A stretch of 62,706 nt of DNA, from assembly GCA_003221455.1 (NCBI GenBank), contig QHRX01000024.1, forward strand, positions 1-62,706. Direction: 5' to 3'. Below, piece after piece: positions 53,546 through 62,706 of this stretch. The notes under the pieces are model-generated. The model was given only the letters and a program-made list of their open reading frames with translations. It was not told where the DNA came from and ran no database searches. This stretch comes from Candidatus Rokuibacteriota bacterium. Lineage in GTDB: Bacteria > Methylomirabilota > Methylomirabilia > Rokubacteriales > CSP1-6. Both the position numbers and the translations under genes were made by a program. Position 1 is the stretch's first letter, and every line of letters starts with the position of its first letter.

Positions 53546-55122
53546 CGCAGGAGCCCCTTCACGACCTTCCCGTTCGGGTTCCGGGGGAGCGTCTCGAGCA
53601 CCGCGACGTCGCGCGGCACCTTGAACTTCGCGAGCCGCTCCCGCACCCAGGCGCGGATCTCCTCCGCCTCGACGCGGGCGCCGGGCCGCGCCACGACGCA
53701 GGCCTTGACCGCCTCGCCGTAGACGGGGTCGGGCACGCCCACCACGGCCGCCTCTAGCACGCCCGGGTGGGAGCAGAGCACCTCCTCCACCTCGACGCAG
53801 AAGATCTTCTCCCCGCCCCGGTTGATCATGTCCTTGATGCGGTCCATGATCGTCACGTATCCCTCCCCGTCGATCGTCGCGAGGTCTCCGGTCCGGAGCC
53901 ATCCGTCGCCCATCGTGGCCGCCGTCGCCTGCGGGTTGGCCCAGTACCCCGGCACCACCATCGGCCCCCTGATCAGGAGCTCGCCGACCTCGCCCGGCGC
54001 GCACTCCCGCGCGGTGCCGGGCTCGACCGTGCGCGCGTCGGCCGTCGGGATCGGCCAGCCGACCGAGGAGATGCGGCGGAGGGCGTCGGCGTCGGGCAGG
54101 CAGGTCGCCGGCGACGACGTCTCGGTGAGCCCGTACGTGTTGTGGAGGCGGCACCGGGGGAGCCACTCGCGGAGCTGCCGGACGGTCTCGGACGCGATCG
54201 GCGCGCCGCCGTAGCCGAGCGCACGGAGGGTCCGGCCCGCGGCCCGGTAGCCCGGCTGGAGCAGCATCATCACGAAGACGGTCGGCGCGGCGATCATGTG
54301 GGTGACCCGCTCGACGTCGATCAGGCGCAGGGCCTCGGCCGGGTTGAACGTCGGCATCACGACGACCGTGCCGCCGAGGTGGGCGAGCGTGAGGAACTGG
54401 GCGATCAGGCCCGTGACGTGGAAGAGCGGGACCGCCACGAGGGTGCGCTCGGCGTCGCCGAGACCGTAGCAGCGTTCGTAGGTGATCGCCGAGTTGATGA
54501 TGCCGAGGTGCGTGCCCATCGCTCCCTTGGGGCGTCCCGTGGTGCCGGAAGTGTACATGATGAACGCCGTGTCCTCCTCGTGGACCAGGACGGGGGGCGG
54601 CGACGGGCGCTCGGCGAACAGCTCGGGGTAGGGCGTCCGGTAGTACGCCTCGCAGGGCAGGCGCTCGCGGATCGCGTCGATCTCGGGCCACTCCTCGGGG
54701 GTCGTGAGGAGGACGCGGGCGCCCGCGTTCTGGAGCATGAACTCGAGCTCCCGCGACCGGAGTTTGGTGTTGAGCGTCACCGTGATCGCGCCGAGCTGGG
54801 CGCAGGCGAAGACGGCCACGCAGAACGGCGAGCCGTTCCGGAGCAGCACGGCGACCCGGTCGCCGGGCTTGATGCCGTGGCGGCGGTGGAGGGCGGTGGC
54901 GAGCCGGCGCGCGCGCTCGGCCAGCTCGCGCCACGTGAGCCGCTCGGTCAGGTCGACGACCGCGTCGCGGTCCGGAAAGCGCTCGGCGGCACGGGCGAGG
55001 AGCCCGCCGAGCGTGCGCGGCCGGTCGGGCGGGTAACACCGCATCCGCCACCCGAGGTGCGTCTCCTCGACGAGGTCCCGCGTGAGCGCCCCCGGCCAGA
55101 GATCGGCCCCCCTCGCGTGCAT
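53542..55122 (-). CDS. Acyl-CoA synthetase (long-chain fatty acid-CoA ligase family)
   Basis: Motifs YTSGTTGRPKG, YGLTE, TGD and NGKV. Confidence 0.93.
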   Translation of the reverse strand: MHARGADLWPGALTRDLVEETHLGWRMRCYPPDRPRTLGGLLARAAERFPDRDAVVDLTERLTWRELAERARRLATALHRRHGIKPGDRVAVLLRNGSPFCVAVFACAQLGAITVTLNTKLRSRELEFMLQNAGARVLLTTPEEWPEIDAIRERLPCEAYYRTPYPELFAERPSPPPVLVHEEDTAFIMYTSGTTGRPKGAMGTHLGIINSAITYERCYGLGDAERTLVAVPLFHVTGLIAQFLTLAHLGGTVVVMPTFNPAEALRLIDVERVTHMIAAPTVFVMMLLQPGYRAAGRTLRALGYGGAPIASETVRQLREWLPRCRLHNTYGLTETSSPATCLPDADALRRISSVGWPIPTADARTVEPGTARECAPGEVGELLIRGPMVVPGYWANPQATAATMGDGWLRTGDLATIDGEGYVTIMDRIKDMINRGGEKIFCVEVEEVLCSHPGVLEAAVVGVPDPVYGEAVKACVVARPGARVEAEEIRAWVRERLAKFKVPRDVAVLETLPRNPNGKVVKGLLR

Positions 55123-55132
55123 AGGGTCTGCG

Positions 55133-55537
55133 TCAGACCGCCGCGCGGATGTGCGCTCGGACGAACCGGACGATGTCCTGGGTCGACGTCCCCGGCGCGA
55201 ACAGCTCCTTCACCCCCGCCGCCTTCAGGGCGGCCACGTCCTCGGGCGGGATGATCCCGCCCCCGAAGACCACGACGTCGGCGGCCCCCTGCTCGCGGAG
55301 CAGGTCGAGCACTCGCGTGAACAGGTAGTTGTGCGCGCCCGACAGGACGGAGAGCCCGATCGCGTCGGCGTCCTCCTGGATCGCGGTCTCGACGATCTGC
55401 TCGGGCGTCTGATGGAGGCCGGTATAGATCACCTCGAACCCCGCGTCCCTGAGCGCCCGGGCGACGATCTTCGCCCCCCGGTCATGCCCGTCCAGGCCCG
55501 GCTTCGCCACGACCACGCGGACCTTGCGTTCGCTCAC
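55133..55537 (-). CDS. icmB: Acyl-CoA mutase small (B12-binding) subunit
   Basis: Motifs [10 protein letters not shown] (DxHxxG), SVLSGAH and GGIIP. Confidence 0.85.
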   Translation of the reverse strand: MSERKVRVVVAKPGLDGHDRGAKIVARALRDAGFEVIYTGLHQTPEQIVETAIQEDADAIGLSVLSGAHNYLFTRVLDLLREQGAADVVVFGGGIIPPEDVAALKAAGVKELFAPGTSTQDIVRFVRAHIRAAV

Positions 55538-55558
55538 TGGCCCGAGGCCCCCTCGGGC

Positions 55559-55975
55559 CTACTTGGCGATCAACATGCGGATGCGTTCACCCGCCTTCAT
55601 GATCTGGTCCCGATTGCCGTGAACGACCTTCCAGTCGAACCCCTTGCCGTCGTTGTTCCAGCGGGGGATCAGGTGGATGTGGAAGTGGGCGACGGACTGG
55701 AAGGCGGCCGCGCCGTTGGCCTGGAGCAGGTTGAGGCCGTCGGGCTTCAGCGCCTGCCGCAGCGCGGACGCCACCTTCTTGGTGGCCGCGATCGCGGCCG
55801 CGAGGTCTTCGGCGTCGACGTCCCAGATCGTCGCCGCGTGCGGCTTGGTCAGCACGAGGCAGTGCCCGGTGTTGAGCGGGTTGATGTCCATGATGACCAT
55901 CGTCCGCGCGTCCTCGTAGATCTTCATCGAGGGCAACTCGCCGTCCCGAATCTTGCAGAAGACACAGTCCGTCAC
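55559..55975 (-). CDS. HIT family protein
   Basis: Motifs CVFC and HFHIH. Confidence 0.92.
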   Translation of the reverse strand: MTDCVFCKIRDGELPSMKIYEDARTMVIMDINPLNTGHCLVLTKPHAATIWDVDAEDLAAAIAATKKVASALRQALKPDGLNLLQANGAAAFQSVAHFHIHLIPRWNNDGKGFDWKVVHGNRDQIMKAGERIRMLIAK

Positions 55976-55987
55976 GCGCGTCTCCCC

Positions 55988-57055
55988 TCAGACGGTGACC
56001 AGCCAGCCGTGCGTGTCGGAGGCCTCGCCGTACTGGATGGCGACGATCGCGTCGTAGAGCTTCTGGGTCAGCTCGCCGATGCGGCCGCCATTGATCACGA
56101 TCCGCTCACCCTTGTGCGACAGCTCGCCGACCGGCGAGATGACCGCCGCCGTCCCCGTGCCCCACACCTCCCGGAGCGTGCCCTGCTTCGATGCCGCCCA
56201 GACCTCGTCGATCGAGACCTGGCGCTCGCGCACGCGGAGGCCCCACTCCCGCAAGAGCGTCAGCACCGAGTCGCGCGTGACCCCGGGCAGGATCGCGCCC
56301 GTCAGCGGCGGCGTGGCGACCTCGTCGCCGATCTTCACCATGATGTTCATGGTGCCGACCTCGTCGAGGTACCGGCGGTGGACGCCGTCGAGCCACAGCA
56401 CCTGGGTGTAGCCCTGGTGCTTGGCCTCCTCGGCCGCGTAGAGACTCGCCGCGTAGTTGCCCGACGTCTTCGCCGCCCCCACCCCGCCCTCGACCGCCCG
56501 CACGTACTGATCGACCACGAGGATCTTGACCGGGTTCATCCCCTCCGGGTAGTACGCGCCCACCGGCGAGAGGATCACGAAGTACAGGTAGGCGTGGGCG
56601 GGCCGGACGCCCAGGAACGGCTCGGTGGCGATGATGGTCGGCCGCACGTAGAGGGCGTGGCCGCGCGACGACGGCACCCAGTCGCGGTCGAGGCCGACGA
56701 GCGCGACCAGCGACCGGAGGGCCAACTCCGGGTCGAGCGGTGGGATGCACATCCGCTTCGCCGAGTTGTTCATCCGCTCGATGTGCTTTTGCGGGCGGAA
56801 CAGCCGCACCTGCCCGTCGCGGCCGCGAAACGCCTTGAGCCCGTCGAAGACCGACTGCGCGTAGTGCAGCACGGCCGCGGCCGGGTCCAGGCCGAACGGC
56901 CCGTACGGCTCGACGCGCGGGTCGTACCACCCCTTCCCCTCGCGATAGTCCATCACGAAGACGTGGTCGGTGAACACCGTCCCGAACCCGAGCTCCGAAT
57001 CCTTGGGGTGTGTCTTGAGCGTCGCTGCCCGCGTGATCCTGATCGGCTCCGCCAT
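55988..57055 (-). CDS. ilvE: Branched-chain amino acid aminotransferase
   Basis: Motifs LHYAQ, KTSGNYA, ILPGVTR and GTAAVISPVG. Confidence 0.95.
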   Translation of the reverse strand: MAEPIRITRAATLKTHPKDSELGFGTVFTDHVFVMDYREGKGWYDPRVEPYGPFGLDPAAAVLHYAQSVFDGLKAFRGRDGQVRLFRPQKHIERMNNSAKRMCIPPLDPELALRSLVALVGLDRDWVPSSRGHALYVRPTIIATEPFLGVRPAHAYLYFVILSPVGAYYPEGMNPVKILVVDQYVRAVEGGVGAAKTSGNYAASLYAAEEAKHQGYTQVLWLDGVHRRYLDEVGTMNIMVKIGDEVATPPLTGAILPGVTRDSVLTLLREWGLRVRERQVSIDEVWAASKQGTLREVWGTGTAAVISPVGELSHKGERIVINGGRIGELTQKLYDAIVAIQYGEASDTHGWLVTV

Positions 57056-57165
57056 GGGTGTCCCCTCGTCCGCGGGGCCCCGAAATGGCCCCGCCCTCCC
57101 TCACCGCTGCTCGTGCGCCGTGCTCGGCCTCGAGGTCGACCAGGCCGGCGCGCTGAGCGCCGGCG

Positions 57166-58757
<1,592 letters not shown>

Positions 58758-58758
<1 letters not shown>

Positions 58759-59903
58759 CACGCCTCCCCGAGCACGGCGCGGGCGATCACGAGCTTCTGG
58801 ATCTGCGAGGTGCCCTCGTAGATCTGGGTGATCTTGGCGTCGCGGAAGTACCGCTCGACCGGGTAGTCCGTGATGTAGCCGTAGCCGCCGTGCACCTGGA
58901 CCGCGTCCGTCGCCACCTTCATGGCCGTCTCCGCCGCGAACAGCTTGGCCATCGCGGCGACGGTCCCGAAGGGCTGGCCGGCGTCCTTGAGCCACGCCGC
59001 CTTGAGCGTGAGGAGTCGCGCGGCGTCGATCGCGGTCGCCATGTCGGCCAGCATCCACTGCACCATCTGGTGCTGGCCGATCGGGACGCCGAAGGACTTG
59101 CGCTCTCGGGCGTACGCCAGGGCCAGCTCCCACGCGCCGGCAGCGATCCCGACCGCCTGGGCGGCGATCCCGATTCGTCCGCCGTCGAGCGCGCCCATGG
59201 CGATCTTGAAGCCCATGCCCTCGCCGGCGAGCCGGTTCCCCACGGGCACCCGGCAGTCCTCGAAGACGAACTCCGCGGTGTCCGACGCCCGCAGGCCGAG
59301 CTTGTCCTCGACCCGTGGCACGCCGAACCCCGGCGTGCCCTTCTCGATCAGGAGGGCGGAGATGCCGTGGTGACCCAGGGCCCGGTCGGTCTGGCAGAAG
59401 ACGAGGGCCGCCGCCGCCTCGCGGCCGTTCGTCACGAAGAGCTTCCGCCCGTTGACGACGTAGTGGTCGCCGTCGCGCACGGCGAGGGTCGCCTGATTGG
59501 TCGCGTCCGAGCCCGCCTGGGGCTCGGTGAGGGCGAAGCAGCCGATCCGCGCGCCGCTCGCGAACGGGACGAGGAAGCGCTTCTTCTGCTCCTCCGTGCC
59601 GTGCTTGTGCACGGGCTCGCAGAAGAGCGAGTTGTTGACGGACATGACCACCGCGTGGGAGGCGCAGGCCTTGGCGATCTCCTCCACCGCCACCGCGTAG
59701 GAGACGGCGTCGGCGCCGCTGCCGCCCCAGACGGGCGGGATCGTCATGCCGAGCAGCCCGAGCGCGCCCATGCGCCGGACCGTCTCCTGGGGGAAGCGAG
59801 CCCCGCGGTCGATGTCGGCGGCGATCGGCCGGATCTCCTTGTCGGCAAACTCGCGCGCCATCGCGCGGATCATCTCCTGCTCCTCGGTGAGCTCGACGCG
59901 CAT
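58758..59903 (-). CDS. Short/branched-chain (butyryl-type) acyl-CoA dehydrogenase
   Basis: Motifs [22 protein letters not shown] and [10 protein letters not shown]. Confidence 0.93.
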
Positions 59904-59911
59904 CCTGGCTC

Positions 59912-60892
59912 CTACTTCCCCAACAGCTTCTTGAACTCCTCGGTGAGCGCCGGCACCACCTCGAAGAGGTCGCCGACGATCCCGTAGTCCGCGATCTTGA
60001 AGATGGGCGCCTCCGGATCCTTGTTCACGGCCACGATGAGCTTGGACGTCCGCATCCCGGCCAGATGCTGAATCGCGCCCGAGATGCCGAAGCCCAGGTA
60101 GAGCTTCGGCGAGATCGTCCGCCCGGTCTGACCGATCTGGAAGCGGTGGGGCCGCCATCCGGCGTCGACCGCCGCGCGCGATGCCCCGACCGCCGCCCCG
60201 ATCACCGCGGCCAACCGTTCGAGGATGACGAAGTTCTCCGGCCCCTTCAGGCCGCGCCCGCCCGAGACGACCAGCTCCGCCTCGCTCAGCTCGGGGAGCC
60301 CGGTCGAGACCTCCTCGCGCCGCTCGGCGAGCCGGAGGGCGCCGTCGGGCACCGTCACCGTCGGCCGCTCGATCTGGGGCTCGCGCCCGGCGACCGGGTC
60401 GGCCGGCTTGAACACGTTGGGGCGGAGCGTCGCGATCCACGGCGGCCGGGCCCACGCGACCCTCGCCAGGAGCTTGCCGGCGTACACGGGCCGCGTGGCG
60501 ACGAGGCGGTCGCCGTCCATCGCGAGCCCGACGACGTCGGCCGCAAAGCCGACGCCGAGCCGCGCCGCCAGCCGCGCGAGGAATTCGCGCTGGCGGCTCG
60601 TCACCGCGCCGAGGATCGCCCGCGGCGCCTGGGCGGCGACGAGTCCCGCCACGACCGGCGCCCAGACCTCGCCGCGGTAGGGCGCGAGCCCGGGGTGCTC
60701 GACGAGCCAGATCTTCCCGGCTCCCCACTCGGCCAGCCGCCGGAGCCCGTCGGGCTCCGCCCGGTCGGTGAGCCAGACCGCCTCCGCTCTCCCGCCCGAC
60801 AGGCGCGCCGCTTCCGCCAGCACCTCCGCCATCACCTTCTTGGGGTGGCCCGCCCGATCGTCTTCGACGACGCACCAGAACGCGTTCGGCAT
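59912..60892 (-). CDS. etfA: Electron transfer flavoprotein alpha subunit
   Basis: Motifs [21 protein letters not shown] and [12 protein letters not shown]. Confidence 0.95.
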   Translation of the reverse strand: MPNAFWCVVEDDRAGHPKKVMAEVLAEAARLSGGRAEAVWLTDRAEPDGLRRLAEWGAGKIWLVEHPGLAPYRGEVWAPVVAGLVAAQAPRAILGAVTSRQREFLARLAARLGVGFAADVVGLAMDGDRLVATRPVYAGKLLARVAWARPPWIATLRPNVFKPADPVAGREPQIERPTVTVPDGALRLAERREEVSTGLPELSEAELVVSGGRGLKGPENFVILERLAAVIGAAVGASRAAVDAGWRPHRFQIGQTGRTISPKLYLGFGISGAIQHLAGMRTSKLIVAVNKDPEAPIFKIADYGIVGDLFEVVPALTEEFKKLLGK

Positions 60893-60893
60893 G

Positions 60894-61673
60894 TCAGATC
60901 GCCTTGGCCTCTTCGCGGAGCGCCCGCACGAGCTCGTGGGCCGCCTCCCGGACGTCGCCGCCGATGATGCGCCCGGGCGGACGTGGGGGCAGCGTCTCGA
61001 GCCGGACGATCGAGAGCTGCGCCGACTCGGGCGCCACGCCGAGGTCATCCGCCCTGAGATCCTTGATCTCCTTCTTCTTGGCCCCCATGATCCCCTTGAG
61101 CGTCGGGTACCGCGGCTCGTTGAGCCCCTTCTGGGCCGTGAGCACGCACGGCAGGGGCGCCTCGAAGACCTCGAGCCCGCCCTCCACCTGGCGTCCGGCG
61201 CGGATCGTCCGGCCGCCCGCGTCGATCGCCGCCTCCATGACCCAGTAGAGCGAGGGCCAGCCCAGCAGTTCGGCCAGCTGGGCGGGGACGGCGCCCATGT
61301 CATCGTCGATCGCCTGCCGGCCGACGATCACGAGCGCCGGCGCCTCCTGCTTGATCACCGCCGCCAGCACGCGCGCGGTCAGGAGGGTGTCGGCCTCGTT
61401 GAAGGCCGGATCGTTCACGTGGATCGCTCGGTCGGCGCCCATCGCCAGCGCCGAGCGGAGCGCCTCCTTGACGCGATCGGGGCCGAGCGAGACCACGACG
61501 ACCTCGCCCTCGCCGCGCTTTTCCTTGATCCGGAGCGCCTCCTCCACCGCGAACTCGTCGTAGGGCGAGATGATCCAGGTGATCCCCCCGGTCTCGATCT
61601 GGCGCGCGTCCTGCCCGACCTTCACCTGCGTCGCCGTGTCGGGGACCTGCTTGACGGGGACGAGAATCTTCAT
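60894..61673 (-). CDS. etfB: Electron transfer flavoprotein beta subunit
   Basis: Motifs MKILVPVKQVPD, ALAMGAD, GRQAIDDD and NEPRYP. Confidence 0.95.
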   Translation of the reverse strand: MKILVPVKQVPDTATQVKVGQDARQIETGGITWIISPYDEFAVEEALRIKEKRGEGEVVVVSLGPDRVKEALRSALAMGADRAIHVNDPAFNEADTLLTARVLAAVIKQEAPALVIVGRQAIDDDMGAVPAQLAELLGWPSLYWVMEAAIDAGGRTIRAGRQVEGGLEVFEAPLPCVLTAQKGLNEPRYPTLKGIMGAKKKEIKDLRADDLGVAPESAQLSIVRLETLPPRPPGRIIGGDVREAAHELVRALREEAKAI

Positions 61674-62437
61674 CGGCGGGTGATCCCCTCCAGCTCCTCG
61701 GCCCCCCCGCCCGGCCCCTCCCACCTGAGCTCCCGGGTGATCCGGAACCGGTCGCCGGGGATGAACACGCGGTCGAAGACGACCGGCGTGCGGTCGGCCG
61801 CGTAGGAGGTCCGTTCCGAAAAGAACGCGGGCAGCCCGCTCCGGCACCCGAGCTCGCGCGCCTCCCGCCGCCCGAGCCGGATGGTCGAGATGGTCTCGTG
61901 GGCGTGGGCGATCTGGACGCCGAGCTTGAACTCCAGGATTTCGTGGAGCGGCGTGACGGTGAGATCTGCCTTCGCGACCTCCTCCCCGAGGGTCGCCGGA
62001 AGGAAGGAGCGCTGGAGGCCGATCGGGTGCTGGTCGAGGAGCCGGAGCCGCTCGAGCACGAAGACGCGCCCCCGCCCGTCGAGCGAGAGCGCGTCCGCCA
62101 CGCGGCGGTCCGCCCGGGCAAAGCGACTCGACACGAAGCGCGTCGCCACCGGCTCGCCGAGCGCGCTGAGGTCCTGGGCCAGGCGGCGGAGCTGGAGGAT
62201 GTCGTAGTCGATCGACGGCGCCGCCACGAAGGTGCCGAGCCCGTGCCGCCGGGCGATCAGCTTCTGCCGCTCGAGCACCGCGAGCGCCTGGCGGAGCGTC
62301 ATGAGCGTCACGCCGAACCGGCGGGCGAGCCGACGCTGGTTGTCGAGCCGGCTCCCGGGCGCGAGTCGGTCGTCGACGATCTGCTGGCGGAGCGCCTCGG
62401 CGATCTGGGAATAGCGGGGAACGCGCGTTGTCGCCAA
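61670..62437 (-). CDS. GntR-family (HutC/UTRA) transcriptional regulator
   Basis: wHTH PRYSQIAEALR...RRHGLGTFV with a UTRA C-terminus; TTG start with RBS AAGGAG. Confidence 0.92.
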   Translation of the reverse strand: MATTRVPRYSQIAEALRQQIVDDRLAPGSRLDNQRRLARRFGVTLMTLRQALAVLERQKLIARRHGLGTFVAAPSIDYDILQLRRLAQDLSALGEPVATRFVSSRFARADRRVADALSLDGRGRVFVLERLRLLDQHPIGLQRSFLPATLGEEVAKADLTVTPLHEILEFKLGVQIAHAHETISTIRLGRREARELGCRSGLPAFFSERTSYAADRTPVVFDRVFIPGDRFRITRELRWEGPGGGAEELEGITRR

Positions 62438-62439
62438 CT

Positions 62440-62449
62440 GTTCTAGAAC
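62440..62449. promoter_or_regulatory. Candidate GntR/HutC operator
   Basis: Perfect palindrome GTTCTAGAAC between the RBS and the start codon. Confidence 0.55.
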
Positions 62450-62525
62450 TCCTTGGCGCAGGCCGCGCCCCCCCAGAGGCCCACGTGGGGCAAACGCAAC
62501 TCTGACAGGAACTTACGCCGTTCTT

Positions 62526-62555
62526 ATTGTAGTCGCAGCCGGCCACGCATGGCAA
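62526..62555 (-). promoter_or_regulatory. Sigma-70 promoter of the GntR-etf operon
   Basis: TTGCCA-N18-TACAAT on the minus strand. Confidence 0.6.
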
Positions 62556-62635
62556 GGGAATGTCGCACTGGGCGTCCGGTGCGAGTGTCGCGGCTGTACT
62601 CCGATCCCGTATCCGAGTCGGCGGGACGGTGGGAC

Positions 62636-62704
62636 CTAGCCGGCCTGGGCGAGCTGCCGGCTCAGCGCCGTCAGCCGCCCGAGCGTCGCGAGGGCCCGGC
62701 CCGA
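62636..62704 (-). CDS. C-terminal fragment of an upstream gene (possibly anthranilate phosphoribosyltransferase-like)
   Basis: Reads SGRALATLGRLTALSRQLAQAG*, resembling TrpD C-termini; only 22 aa are visible. Confidence 0.3.
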   Translation of the reverse strand, partial: SGRALATLGRLTALSRQLAQAG

Positions 62705-62706
62705 GT

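Overview
Very GC-rich (roughly 70%+ by eye), gene-dense bacterial chromosomal segment. Gene content and style suggest an uncultured soil organism such as Candidatus Rokubacteria, but this is inference. I found no rRNA, tRNA, CRISPR array, integrase or transposase. Main blocks: (1) 0.6-9.4 kb acyl-CoA cluster with a FadB/PimF-like enzyme, FabH, thiolase, F420/NADP oxidoreductase, Zn-dehydrogenase, enoyl-CoA hydratase, and a second KAS III fused to a ~270-aa unrecognised N-terminal domain. (2) pepP, divergent emrB/emrA, nudC and a divergent phosphotransferase/acyl-CoA dehydrogenase pair (ACAD10/11- or Lva-like). (3) 18.5-27.3 kb signalling island: stand-alone receiver behind a near-consensus sigma-54 promoter, NarL-type regulator, ANTAR regulator, ERR-repeat protein, internally duplicated lipoprotein, histidine kinase, NtrC-type activator and SixA. 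(4) Divergent PQQ dehydrogenase (WDFD lanthanide-type motif, no vicinal disulfide) plus cytochrome c. (5) Orphan sigma-54 regulator, TtcA-family gene, HAD hydrolase and a MazF/RHH toxin-antitoxin pair. (6) Xylose-type ABC transporter with a frameshifted binding protein, an SDR and a thiolase/DUF35 pair. (7) A ~13 kb minus-strand run: GntR-etfB-etfA-ACAD-icmA-ilvE-HIT-icmB-CoA ligase-ACAD-Tat cyclase-ABC transporter lacking a binding protein. The best candidates for undescribed biology are the extended KAS III, the disulfide-less PQQ enzyme, the Tat cyclase/ABC module and the sigma-54/lipoprotein signalling island.
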